Assembly: GCA_900556845.1 (NCBI GenBank)
Contig: USQO01000002.1
Location: 342-64,341, forward strand
Reading direction: 5' to 3'
DNA from: an uncultured Bacteroides sp.
Lineage (GTDB): Bacteria > Bacteroidota > Bacteroidia > Bacteroidales > Bacteroidaceae
Length of the DNA stretch: 64,000 nt
The notes beneath the pieces are model-generated. The model had not been told where the DNA came from and made no database searches. It saw only the letters and a program-made list of their open reading frames with translations. The position numbers and the translations under genes are program-made. Below, piece after piece: positions 21,780 through 32,053 of this stretch; within the stretch, counting starts at the first letter, position 1, and every line of letters starts with the position of its first letter.

Positions 21780-22502
21780 GTGGAGTTAATTATAGATATT
21801 GGAAATTCGAACGCAAAACTGGCTGTGTTTGACAACGGAAAGATAGTAGAGGTATTACGCGGCTCCAATCACTCACTGGACTGCCTTCCGCTACTATATA
21901 ATAAATACCCGATCACAAGAGGTATTTATGCTACAGTTATTACACTAAGCAATACCATCAGAAAGCAATTGGGGAAACTTCCTTTTCCCATCATGCAACT
22001 GACAAAAGATACGCCAGTTCCTATAACGAACCTATACCACACCCCAGAGACATTAGGTATGGATCGTATTGCAGCTGTTGTCGGAGCACACAACCAGTAC
22101 CCAGACCGGAATCTGCTGGTGATTGATGCCGGAACAGCTATTACCTATGAATTTATAGATGCAGAGGGACGCTATCATGGAGGAAACATATCACCAGGCA
22201 TGTACACACGATTCAAAGCACTGAATATATGCTGTGATAAGCTTCCACTTATACATAAATCAGGTGAAAAGCCTGAATTTGGCTATGATACAGAAACGGC
22301 AATCAGAGCTGGTGTAATTCGCGGCATCGAATTTGAGATAAATGGATATATAGCAATGATGCAAAAGAAATATTCAGATCTTTTGGTTTTTTTAACTGGA
22401 GGAGAAGATTTTTCTTTTGATACAAACTTAAAAAATATCATCTTTGCAGATAGATTCCTAGTATTGAAAGGACTAAACAGAATTTTAAACTATAATGATT
22501 AA
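21780..22502 (+). CDS. coaX: Type III pantothenate kinase
   Basis: IIDIGNS, LGMDR, VIDAGTA, GGNISPG, LTGG. Confidence 0.95.
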   Translation: MELIIDIGNSNAKLAVFDNGKIVEVLRGSNHSLDCLPLLYNKYPITRGIYATVITLSNTIRKQLGKLPFPIMQLTKDTPVPITNLYHTPETLGMDRIAAVVGAHNQYPDRNLLVIDAGTAITYEFIDAEGRYHGGNISPGMYTRFKALNICCDKLPLIHKSGEKPEFGYDTETAIRAGVIRGIEFEINGYIAMMQKKYSDLLVFLTGGEDFSFDTNLKNIIFADRFLVLKGLNRILNYND

Positions 22503-23793
22503 TCGTAAAACACTGATAAGCGCACTTTTTGTACTTGGTAGCACCGGGGTTGTTTCGGCGCAATCGAATACAAACTCTCCTTATACCCGATATGGTTTTG
22601 GACAGTTATCCGACCAGTCATTCGGCCATAATAAAGCTATGGGAGGAATAGGATATGCAATAAGAAACGGAGGACATATCAATCCAAGCAATCCTGCATC
22701 CTATACAGCAGTAGACTCACTGACTTTTCTTTTCGATATAGGAATGGGCCTCAAAAATTCAAACTTCAGCGAAGGGAACGTTTCTACAAATGCAAAGAAT
22801 GCCAGCTTTGACTATATTGCCATGCAATTCCGCCTTTGGGAAAGAATGGGTATAACATTCGGTTTTTTACCATTCTCTTCTGTTGGATATAGTTTAAAAT
22901 CTACCAATACACTTACCAGCGAAAGCGGTAAGTCCAGTGATGTTACACAATCTACAACCTTTACGGGAGAAGGCGGCCTACATCAGGTGTTCATGGGATT
23001 GGGATTCAAGATCGTGAACAATTTATCGATTGGTGCTAATATTTCTTATCTATATGGCGATGTTACGCATCAAACAACTGCCGCATTCAGCAACTCAGCA
23101 GACGCTACGATGGTAAGTAACGTAGCCAGCGTTAAAAGCTATAAGTTGGATTTAGGATTGCAATACACACAAAAATTAAGCAAGCTAGATTTCCTAACAC
23201 TGGGTCTGACCTACAACTTAGGGCATAATCTGAACAGTAGTATGGAAAAAACCATTCAAATGCTGGAAATAGGTTCTTCTGGATATTCCGTAGTCAGCTC
23301 AAATAGTAACGTATCTAGAGATGGTTTTTCTATTCCACATATTTATGGTGTTGGTTTAGTATACGGTCGTGGAGGAAGACTCACATTAGGAGCTGATTAT
23401 ACATACCAGCAGTGGGCCAAAGCTAAATACGATGGTAACGAGAATTACTATAGCAACTCATCCAAAATATCTGTCGGCGGTGAATTTATACCGAACTTCC
23501 TGAGCAAAAATTATTTTAAAAGAATTCGTTATCGGGCTGGTATATTCTATTCAACCCCTTATACCAAAACTTATACGGCAGACGGTTTTGTGGATGGTGG
23601 AAAAGAATATGGTGCAAGCCTTGGTTTTGGATTTCCCCTACATTTGTATCAACGTCGAAGTATCTTAAACATTTCTGGACAGTATACACACGTAGCACCT
23701 AAGTATTCTGGAATGCTTTCTGAAAATCGTTTCCAGATAAACATTGGTATCACTTTCAATGAAAGATGGTTTATGAAATGGAAAGTTGAATAA
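22495..23793 (+). CDS. Outer-membrane beta-barrel (FadL/OmpP1-like)
   Basis: Signal peptide; [19 protein letters not shown]; amphipathic strands; FNERWF C-terminus. Confidence 0.75.
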   Translation: MINRKTLISALFVLGSTGVVSAQSNTNSPYTRYGFGQLSDQSFGHNKAMGGIGYAIRNGGHINPSNPASYTAVDSLTFLFDIGMGLKNSNFSEGNVSTNAKNASFDYIAMQFRLWERMGITFGFLPFSSVGYSLKSTNTLTSESGKSSDVTQSTTFTGEGGLHQVFMGLGFKIVNNLSIGANISYLYGDVTHQTTAAFSNSADATMVSNVASVKSYKLDLGLQYTQKLSKLDFLTLGLTYNLGHNLNSSMEKTIQMLEIGSSGYSVVSSNSNVSRDGFSIPHIYGVGLVYGRGGRLTLGADYTYQQWAKAKYDGNENYYSNSSKISVGGEFIPNFLSKNYFKRIRYRAGIFYSTPYTKTYTADGFVDGGKEYGASLGFGFPLHLYQRRSILNISGQYTHVAPKYSGMLSENRFQINIGITFNERWFMKWKVE

Positions 23794-23840
23794 TAAATAA
23801 GAAAACGCAACTTAAAATAAACAACTAAAATTTATATACG

Positions 23841-25202
23841 ATGAAAATGAAGATGGTTACAGCGCTGTGTGTTCTTTCATTAAGTGCAACAGCAACATTT
23901 GCTCAGAAAGGAGTAGAAGATGGTTCTCGATTCGGTCATGGTGAAGACAGTGTTCGCTGCTTGCAGAACATTAGCATTTATACTGAATACGTAAAGACCA
24001 ACAACTTCAAAGACGCTTACAAACCTTGGTTGGCTGTATTCAATGAAGCTCCATGGGCTCAGGTAGGTACATATACTAACGGTGCTAAGATTTTGCGCGG
24101 TTTGTTCATGGCTACTAAGGATGCGGCTGAACAGAAACAATATTTGGATCAGCTGATGAAAGTTTACGACCAGCGTATTGAATATCTTCCTAAGTTGAAT
24201 ACTCTGATTAGAACTCCGGATACTAAAGGGGCTATTCTGGGTATGAAAGCACATGATTATATTACTTTCTCAGGTCCTAACGTTGACGTAAACAAAGCAT
24301 ATGACATGTTGAAAGAGTGTCTTGATTCAGAAAAAGAAAAAGCAGACTACTTTGTTTACATGGATTTTATGGATATTTCTGCTAAAAAGCTGAAAGCAGA
24401 CCCAAATCATAAAGAACAATTCATTCAGGATTATCTGACAGCTTCTGGCTATGCTGATGCGGCTCACAAAGCGGCAAAGAAAGCAAGTGCACAGAAAAAC
24501 CTGCAAATTGCTAAAGAAAACGTAGATGCATACTTTATTAATAGTGGTGCAGCAAGCTGTGAAAACCTGCAAGCTATCTATGGTCCGAAAGTAGCTCAAA
24601 ACAAAACAAATCTGGACTATTTAAAACAGGTTATTTCTGTAATGCAGTTATTGAAATGTACAGACCAGCAAGCTTATTTCGATGCATCTGAAGCTGCTCA
24701 TGCCATTGAACCAACTGCAGCTACTGCTGTAGGTTGTGCATACATGTACTACAAAAAAGGCGATATGGATAAGAGTATGAATTATTTCGATCAGGCTATC
24801 GAGCTTGAACAGGATGCTGTTAAAAAAGCAGAATACTGCTACAATGCTGCCGTAGTTTTGTTCAGCAAGAAGCAGTATAGCAGAGCTAAACAGTATGCTA
24901 ATAAAGCTATCGCCACTAATGGCAGCTACGGACAGCCTTATATTCTGATTGCTCAAATGTATGCAGCTAGCCCTAACTGGAGTGATGAAGGTGCATTGAA
25001 CAAATGTACTTACTTTGCTGTTATTGATAAACTTCAACGCGCAAAAAGCGTTGACCCAAGTGTAGCTGAAGAAGCAAACAAGTTGATTTCTACTTACTCT
25101 CGCCACACTCCTAAAGATGAAGATTTGTTCTTCCTTGGATTAAAGAAAGGGTCAACAGTCCAAATCGGTGGATGGATTGGCGAAACTACAACGATTAGAT
25201 AA
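23841..25202 (+). CDS. Secreted TPR protein
   Basis: Signal peptide; TPR-like helices; GGWIGETTTIR end. Confidence 0.75.
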   Translation: MKMKMVTALCVLSLSATATFAQKGVEDGSRFGHGEDSVRCLQNISIYTEYVKTNNFKDAYKPWLAVFNEAPWAQVGTYTNGAKILRGLFMATKDAAEQKQYLDQLMKVYDQRIEYLPKLNTLIRTPDTKGAILGMKAHDYITFSGPNVDVNKAYDMLKECLDSEKEKADYFVYMDFMDISAKKLKADPNHKEQFIQDYLTASGYADAAHKAAKKASAQKNLQIAKENVDAYFINSGAASCENLQAIYGPKVAQNKTNLDYLKQVISVMQLLKCTDQQAYFDASEAAHAIEPTAATAVGCAYMYYKKGDMDKSMNYFDQAIELEQDAVKKAEYCYNAAVVLFSKKQYSRAKQYANKAIATNGSYGQPYILIAQMYAASPNWSDEGALNKCTYFAVIDKLQRAKSVDPSVAEEANKLISTYSRHTPKDEDLFFLGLKKGSTVQIGGWIGETTTIR

Positions 25203-25206
25203 ACCT

Positions 25207-25833
25207 ATGTCAACAAGACAAAATAAAGAAACTAATTCATTAACTATTTACATAACAGCTGCCATCTTGGTGGCTGTTATGTTTATTTTATTTCCGGCCT
25301 GTAGTGGTCAAAAGAAAAAAACAGCTCCAGCCATTATAGAAGGCGACTCTCTACCTACCATGCGTTCGACTGGTGTAGAAACCTTAGTATCAGACTCAGG
25401 CATGATACGTTACAAAGTTATAACAGAAGAATGGCTAATTTTTAGTAAAAGGAATCCGCCTTTTTGGGCATTCGAAAAAGGGGTATATTTGGAAAAGTTT
25501 GACTCACTATTCCATATCGATGCCAGCATAAAAGCAGATACAGCTTATTACTACGAGACAATAAAATTATGGGAACTGCGTCATAATGTTCACATCCGAA
25601 GCCAGAAAGGTGAAAAATTCGATACAAACCAACTGTTCTGGGATCAAGAAAACCAAAAAATATATTCTGATAAATTCATCAGGATTGAGGGTAATGACCG
25701 TATCCTTACGGGATATGGCTTCGAATCTAATCAAGAAATGACAGAGTATAGGATTTTTAACAACACAGGTGTTTTCGCAGTAGAAAATACACCTACTGCA
25801 AAAGATACACTACAACAAGATAGCATTCATTAA
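25207..25833 (+). CDS. lptC: LPS export periplasmic protein LptC
   Basis: N-terminal TM; SDSG, F.KGV, IKADTA, QLFWD, IYSDKF, GYGFES motifs; usual gene context. Confidence 0.8.
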   Translation: MSTRQNKETNSLTIYITAAILVAVMFILFPACSGQKKKTAPAIIEGDSLPTMRSTGVETLVSDSGMIRYKVITEEWLIFSKRNPPFWAFEKGVYLEKFDSLFHIDASIKADTAYYYETIKLWELRHNVHIRSQKGEKFDTNQLFWDQENQKIYSDKFIRIEGNDRILTGYGFESNQEMTEYRIFNNTGVFAVENTPTAKDTLQQDSIH

Positions 25834-25847
25834 TCATTCAGCCGCAA

Positions 25848-27104
25848 ATGGGACTTATCATAGAACTACTTATTTCAATGGCTTTTTCTGCTTTTTTTTC
25901 CGGCATGGAAATTGCTTTTGTATCATCCAGCAAACTGAGATTTGAAATGGACAGAGAAAACGGAGGTTTTACAACTCGTATTCTCAGTGTGTTTTACAAA
26001 GACCCGAATAACTTCATATCCACAATGCTTGTAGGGAATAATATAGCATTAGTTATCTACGGTATCTTGATGGCCCAAATTATCGAAACACATTTACTCA
26101 ATGATATGATAACTAATCAAGCTATTATGGTCATGGTACAAACAATTATCTCCACCTTAATCATATTGGTTACTGGAGAATTTATGCCAAAGACTTTATT
26201 TAAAATTAATCCCAATTTTACCTTAAGACTTTTTGCAGTACCATGTTTTGCTTGCTATGTCATTCTTTATCCAATCAGTAAATTCGCATCGGGGATTTCT
26301 ACTCTACTATTATGGTTTACAGGAACAAAAATAAACAAAGAGCACACCAAACGAGCTTTTACAAAAGTCGATTTGGATTATCTGATTCAAAGCAGTATAG
26401 ATGACACCGAAAATAAAGAAGAAATAGAGACAGAAATCCAAATTTTTCAGAATGCTTTGGATTTTTCCAATATAAAAATCAGAGATTGCATGATTCCGCG
26501 CACAGAAATCATTGCTATCGAAACCACTGCAACTATAGAAGAACTGAAGAATAGTTTCATCGAAAGCGGAAAAAGTAAAATCCTAGTTTATAATGAAAAT
26601 ATCGACAACATTGTAGGATATATCCACTCGTCCGATATGTTCTATGAAGGAAAAGAGTGGACAAAAAAAGTACGAGCTATTCCTATTGTACCCGAAACTA
26701 TGGCCGCGCAAAAACTGATGAAGCTGTTCATGCAGCAGAAAAAATCGCTTGCAGTCGTTGTTGATGAATTTGGAGGTACAGCCGGAATTGTTGCTATGGA
26801 AGACTTGGTCGAGGAAATTTTCGGCGAAATAGAAGACGAACATGATTTTGACTCTGAAGTAGCCAAGCAAACAGCCAACGGGGAATACGTAATGTCCGGG
26901 CGACTGGAAATTGAAAAGGCAAACCAGAAATTCGACTTAAAGTTACCTGAATCTGACGAATATCAGACAATCGGCGGACTGATTTTACATTATTACCAGA
27001 GTATCCCAAAAGCACATGAAGTCATCAATATCGGCAACTTTGAATTTAAAATCATCAAAGTAACAGCCACTAAAATAGAGCTGGTGAAGCTGAAAGTGAA
27101 ATAA
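25848..27104 (+). CDS. CNNM/hemolysin-family protein (DUF21-CBS-CorC_HlyC)
   Basis: SAFFSGMEIAF, GEFMPK, MIPRTEI, VVDEFGGTAGIV..ED.VEEIFGEIEDEHD. Confidence 0.92.
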   Translation: MGLIIELLISMAFSAFFSGMEIAFVSSSKLRFEMDRENGGFTTRILSVFYKDPNNFISTMLVGNNIALVIYGILMAQIIETHLLNDMITNQAIMVMVQTIISTLIILVTGEFMPKTLFKINPNFTLRLFAVPCFACYVILYPISKFASGISTLLLWFTGTKINKEHTKRAFTKVDLDYLIQSSIDDTENKEEIETEIQIFQNALDFSNIKIRDCMIPRTEIIAIETTATIEELKNSFIESGKSKILVYNENIDNIVGYIHSSDMFYEGKEWTKKVRAIPIVPETMAAQKLMKLFMQQKKSLAVVVDEFGGTAGIVAMEDLVEEIFGEIEDEHDFDSEVAKQTANGEYVMSGRLEIEKANQKFDLKLPESDEYQTIGGLILHYYQSIPKAHEVINIGNFEFKIIKVTATKIELVKLKVK

Positions 27105-27210
27105 GGACTACATTTTTTGCGTATAAAATAGCTTGTGAAATACATTTTTTGTATCTTCGTGCGCTAAATACTAAAATAAGGAAAAACAATAAACAAAAAA
27201 CTATAAATAA

Positions 27211-29349
27211 ATGGCAACTTTACAAAAAATCAGAAGCAAAGGACCCCTGTTGGTCGTTGTAATTGGTCTTGCCCTTTTTGCATTCGTCGCTGGTGACGCA
27301 TGGAAAGTTTTACAGCCACACCAAGGCAAGCAAGACGTAGGAGAAATTAATGGTGAAACGCTCTCTGCTCAGGATTTCCAGAAAATGGTAGAAGAGTATA
27401 GTGAAGTTATCAAACTTACGAACGGACTGACTTCACTGAATGATGACCAGCAAAACAACATTAAAGACCAAGTATGGCAAACATACGTTAACAATAACCT
27501 GATTGCCAGCGAAGCAAAAAAACTGGGTCTGAAGGTTACTGACGCTGAAATCGAAGCTATCATCAACGAAGGTACAAACCCATTGTTGTTGCAGAGTCCT
27601 TTCCGCAACCCACAGACTGGCGCATTCGATAAGGATATGCTGAAAAAATTCTTGGTTGATTATGCCAACATGGGTTCATCACAGATGTCATCTCAGTATG
27701 CTGAATATTACCAGCAAATGTACAACTACTGGAAGTTCATCGAAAAGACATTGAAAGAATCTACACTGGTACAGAAATATCAGAATTTGATTGCTAAATC
27801 ATTGATTTCAAACTCTGTTTCTGCTGAAGATGCATTCAAGGCACGCTCTGAACAGTCTGACCTGCTTCTGGCTGCTATTCCTTATTCTTCTATCAACGAT
27901 TCTACCGTACAGGTTAGCAACGATGAAATCAAGGAACTGTATAACAAAAGAAAAGAAAGCTTCAAACAGTTGGCTGAAACCCGTAACATCAAGTACATCG
28001 ACGTGCACGTTGTTCCTTCTGAAGCTGACCGCAAAGCTGTAGAAAAAGATGTAACTGATTATAGCTCACAGTTGGCTACTACTACATCAGACTACGCAAC
28101 TTTCATCCGTTCTACTGGTTCAACAGTTTCTTTCAACGATGTTGTTGTAAACAAGACAGCACTTCCTTCAGATGTTGCTACTCGCTTGGACTCAACAACT
28201 GTTAACGAAGTATACGGACCTTACTACAACCAGAGCGATGACTCATTCAACGCATTTAAGATTATTGCTAAAGAATCTGCTCCAGACTCAATCCAGTTCC
28301 GTCAGATTCAGGTTTATGCAAACACTATCGATGCAACAAAAACTTTGGCCGACAGTATCTACACTGCTTTGAAAGGTGGTGCCGACTTTGCTGAACTGGC
28401 TAAGAAATACGGACAAACCGGTGAAGCTACTTGGGTAGATGCTCGTAGCTGGGAAAATGCTACTCTGGATGCTGAAAACGCTAAGTTCGTAAATACGCTG
28501 ATTAACCAGCCTGTTAAAGAATTGGCTAACCTCGAAATTGGTCAGGCTAACGTAATCCTGCAGGTTATGGACAAGAAAGCTATGAAACCTAAATATAAAG
28601 TTGCTGTTGTTAAATGCCCAGTTGAGTTCAGCAAAGAAACTTACAACGATGCATACAACAAATTCAGCCAGTTTGTAGCTCAGAATACTACATTGGCAGA
28701 TATGGAAAAGAATGCTGAAGAAAACGGCTACCGTATCATGTCTAACGAAGACTTCAGCAGCGCTTCTCATTATGTAGGTGGTGTTAAATCTACTCGCGAA
28801 GCTCTGAAATGGGTATTCAGCGCAAAAGAAGGCGAAGTTTCTCCGCTGTACGAATGTGGTGAAAACGATCACCTGATGGTTGTTGGTCTGGAAGCTATCC
28901 ATCCGGAAGGATACCGTAGCATCAATCTGGTTGCAGATCAGCTGAAAGCAGAACTTATCCGCGATAAGAAAGCTGAAAAGATTATGGCAAGCATGGCTTC
29001 GGCTACTTCATTCGACCAGGCAAAGGCTTTGACTAACGCAGTAAGCGATTCAGTAAAGCACGTAACATTTGCTGCTCCTGCATTCATCGCTGTAACAAGT
29101 GCCAGCGAACCGGTAATCGGTGCTTATGCAAGCAAAACTGATGTAAATAAGCTTTCTGCTCCTATCAAAGGTACAAGAGGTGTTTACATGATTCAGGTTT
29201 ACAACAAAGAAAAGAGTTCTGAAGAATTCGACGCTAAAGCAGAAGAAGCTACACTGGCTAACATGACTGCAAACATCGCAATCCGTCAGTTCATCGGCGA
29301 CTTGTATCAGAAAGCCGAAGTTAAAGACAGCAGATACTTGTTCTTCTAA
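27211..29349 (+). CDS. PpiD/SurA-like peptidyl-prolyl isomerase chaperone
   Basis: MATLQKIRS, N-terminal TM, SurA_N region, parvulin-like GADFAELAKKY. Confidence 0.85.
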   Translation: MATLQKIRSKGPLLVVVIGLALFAFVAGDAWKVLQPHQGKQDVGEINGETLSAQDFQKMVEEYSEVIKLTNGLTSLNDDQQNNIKDQVWQTYVNNNLIASEAKKLGLKVTDAEIEAIINEGTNPLLLQSPFRNPQTGAFDKDMLKKFLVDYANMGSSQMSSQYAEYYQQMYNYWKFIEKTLKESTLVQKYQNLIAKSLISNSVSAEDAFKARSEQSDLLLAAIPYSSINDSTVQVSNDEIKELYNKRKESFKQLAETRNIKYIDVHVVPSEADRKAVEKDVTDYSSQLATTTSDYATFIRSTGSTVSFNDVVVNKTALPSDVATRLDSTTVNEVYGPYYNQSDDSFNAFKIIAKESAPDSIQFRQIQVYANTIDATKTLADSIYTALKGGADFAELAKKYGQTGEATWVDARSWENATLDAENAKFVNTLINQPVKELANLEIGQANVILQVMDKKAMKPKYKVAVVKCPVEFSKETYNDAYNKFSQFVAQNTTLADMEKNAEENGYRIMSNEDFSSASHYVGGVKSTREALKWVFSAKEGEVSPLYECGENDHLMVVGLEAIHPEGYRSINLVADQLKAELIRDKKAEKIMASMASATSFDQAKALTNAVSDSVKHVTFAAPAFIAVTSASEPVIGAYASKTDVNKLSAPIKGTRGVYMIQVYNKEKSSEEFDAKAEEATLANMTANIAIRQFIGDLYQKAEVKDSRYLFF

Positions 29350-29376
29350 TCATAGCACAAGGCTATATAGTATATA

Positions 29377-29423
29377 AAAAATCCCAGCTTCCTCCGTTCT
29401 GAAAAAGGAAACTGGGATATTTT
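29377..29423. terminator. Bidirectional terminator
   Basis: ATCCCAG(C)TTCCT...AGGAA(A)CTGGGAT flanked by A/T runs. Confidence 0.65.
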
Positions 29424-29442
29424 ATTTTCCAGCATATGCTCA

Positions 29443-30714
29443 TTATGATTGTTCTTCCACCTGCAAATAAACCTGATAACGCGTACCGGGTTTTACCGGT
29501 GTCAGTGAGAAATATCCGCTTTGCAATCTGCCATCCGCTGTAAGACGGACCGGATGTGCTGCAGAAAGCTGTTTATGTGCCTCTAAAGCTTCCCCGTCTG
29601 CTCCATAATGCTCAACGACATACCACCCCTGCACCGATGGTGCCAGATAGGTATCAGTAATCAGACGGGATACAACTCCCATATTCATACGCAGATTGAT
29701 TTCCACGCAAGGATGAACCCGATAACCATCCTCCGTACGGCAAACCATCATATCCACTCCCAGATAGCCGGAATAGGAGGTCCCGAGCAGACCAGACAAT
29801 ACCGCAACCAGTGTGGCACGGACTTCCTGCAAGACATCAGCAGTTACCCACGTACATAAGCGCTGTTCGATGGCCTCATTGGTCGCGAGCCAATTTGCCT
29901 TGTAGTTTCCATGCGTATCGGTATCAAAAAACGAGTAGCCGACAAAACGTACATCACCATTACCCACAACCAGAAATTCCATGGCAAAATCACAAACCTT
30001 GTCGTAAAGGGGTTCCAGCATCAGATACCCCTGTGTACGCAGAATGCGGGCAACCCATCCGGCTACGGAATCTGTCAGAGTATCCAAAGACAAACGGACC
30101 AACCCTCTCCCACTTCCAGACCAGGGCGCCTTCAGGATAGACTGCCCCGTCTGTTGCAATCCCTGTTTTACCTCTTCGAAGGAGCGACAGACCTTAGCTT
30201 CTCCACAAATACCATGCTTACCCATAAAAGCCTGCAACACCTCCACACATTGCTGACGCCCTGCAAGTACCCGATAACGGACCAACTGCTCCTCCGTCGG
30301 AAGAGATTCGGCAGCAATACCGGATTCCTGCAAACAGTGAACCAAAGCTTTGTTCCATCCCCAGGGATGATAATTTCCTTTCGACCACTCATCAGTCCAG
30401 TCCACATCAGGCAAGGCCAGTCCGCCCTGCGACTGCTTGCGGAGTATCTCCACGTCATCCATAGCTGCCACCTTTACCGTAAGCAAAGCATCAGTTTCCA
30501 TACACTGCCATGCCATACCCACCGAAGGGAAAAACGGTGAATCTCCTTGCCCGGTAACCTCTTCCCTACCGGAAAGACAAGCAGCAAACCAAGCCGGCAG
30601 AACAGCAAGGTCGTCTGCCATCCGGCCTATTTCGGCAGGCATCTTATAATAAGGTGTATTGTTGGCCAAAGCCATGTCCTGTTCGGGATTAAAATAAAAT
30701 ATTTCTACACACAT
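29443..30714 (-). CDS. ATP-grasp-like hypothetical protein
   Basis: ILKAPWSGSGRG, MLEP, DFAMEF, YLGVDMM, VEINLR; start uncertain. Confidence 0.65.
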   Translation of the reverse strand: MCVEIFYFNPEQDMALANNTPYYKMPAEIGRMADDLAVLPAWFAACLSGREEVTGQGDSPFFPSVGMAWQCMETDALLTVKVAAMDDVEILRKQSQGGLALPDVDWTDEWSKGNYHPWGWNKALVHCLQESGIAAESLPTEEQLVRYRVLAGRQQCVEVLQAFMGKHGICGEAKVCRSFEEVKQGLQQTGQSILKAPWSGSGRGLVRLSLDTLTDSVAGWVARILRTQGYLMLEPLYDKVCDFAMEFLVVGNGDVRFVGYSFFDTDTHGNYKANWLATNEAIEQRLCTWVTADVLQEVRATLVAVLSGLLGTSYSGYLGVDMMVCRTEDGYRVHPCVEINLRMNMGVVSRLITDTYLAPSVQGWYVVEHYGADGEALEAHKQLSAAHPVRLTADGRLQSGYFSLTPVKPGTRYQVYLQVEEQS

Positions 30715-30830
30715 AAAACCAAGATAACAAGAACAATAACACAAAGATAGCAAGTTAAAAGGAATATTTTGCCAACTCCAGTTTGCATTTTAAGAAACAA
30801 TTACTACATTTGCAAGGATAAACTTGCAAC

Positions 30831-32009
30831 ATGGAAACGTTTTACAGAACTCATAGCTACTTAGTAGAGCACACCAATGCTCCTGTTCGGCGTGCTCTAA
30901 TGGATGAAATAGATTGGAGTCATCGCCTCATCGGAATTAAAGGTACCCGTGGGGTAGGAAAAACCACCTTCCTGTTACAATATGCCAAAGAAAAATTTGG
31001 TTTCGACCGTTCGTGTCTGTTCATCAATATGAACAACTTCTATTTTTCGGCACACAGCATCGTAGAGTTTGCAGGTGAATTTGTAAAACAGGGAGGTAAA
31101 GTACTGCTTATCGACCAGGTTTTCAAGCACCCCGACTGGAGTCATGAACTGCGTACCTGCTACGAACGGTATCCACAACTGAAAATTGTGTTTACAGGTT
31201 CATCGGTAATGCGTCTTAAAGACGAAAATCCGGAACTGAACGGTATCGTAAAGTCGTACAACCTGCGCGGTTTTTCTTTCCGCGAATTCCTGAATCTGCA
31301 AACCGGCAATAATTTCCAGCCATTCTCTCTGGAAGAAATCCTCAACGGCCACGAACATCTGGCTAAAACCATTCTTCCACACATCAACCCCGTACACTAT
31401 CTGCAAGACTACATCCATCATGGATTTTATCCATTTTTTCTGGAAAAGCGCAATTTTTCTGAAAACTTGCTCAAAACCATGAATATGATGATAGAAGTAG
31501 ATATTCTTTTAATCAAACAAATAGAGCTGAAATATCTCTCCAAGATAAAAAAATTACTATATTTGTTGGCAGTAGACGGACCTGTAGCCCCCAACGTAAG
31601 TCAGTTGGCGGCAGACATCCAGACATCTCGTGCTACGGTAATGAACTACATCAAGTACTTGGCCGATGCACGCCTCATCAACATGGTTTACCCAGACGGA
31701 GAGCAATTCCCCAAAAAACCATCGAAGATTATGCTGCATAACACCAATCTGATGTACAGCATTTATCCCGTAAAGGTTGAAGAACAGGATGTACTGGAAA
31801 CCTTCTTCGTCAACTCCTTATGGAAAGACCATAAGATTAGCAAGGGAGAAAAAGGAACTTCATTCCGGGTAGACGGCGAACTTCATTTCCGCATTTGTCC
31901 CGAAGGCTGCAAATTCAAGAACAGCCCGAACGTGTACTATGCACTTCACAAGTCGGAACTGGGGCACGGCAACCAGATACCGCTATGGATGTTCGGCTTT
32001 TTGTATTAA
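30831..32009 (+). CDS. AAA_14-family ATP-binding protein
   Basis: Walker A GTRGVGKTT, LLIDQV, FTGSS, GFSFREFL. Confidence 0.85.
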   Translation: METFYRTHSYLVEHTNAPVRRALMDEIDWSHRLIGIKGTRGVGKTTFLLQYAKEKFGFDRSCLFINMNNFYFSAHSIVEFAGEFVKQGGKVLLIDQVFKHPDWSHELRTCYERYPQLKIVFTGSSVMRLKDENPELNGIVKSYNLRGFSFREFLNLQTGNNFQPFSLEEILNGHEHLAKTILPHINPVHYLQDYIHHGFYPFFLEKRNFSENLLKTMNMMIEVDILLIKQIELKYLSKIKKLLYLLAVDGPVAPNVSQLAADIQTSRATVMNYIKYLADARLINMVYPDGEQFPKKPSKIMLHNTNLMYSIYPVKVEEQDVLETFFVNSLWKDHKISKGEKGTSFRVDGELHFRICPEGCKFKNSPNVYYALHKSELGHGNQIPLWMFGFLY

Positions 32010-32053
32010 GAACACTATTAAAGATTTTAATTACCTAATAATTAGTAATTTTT

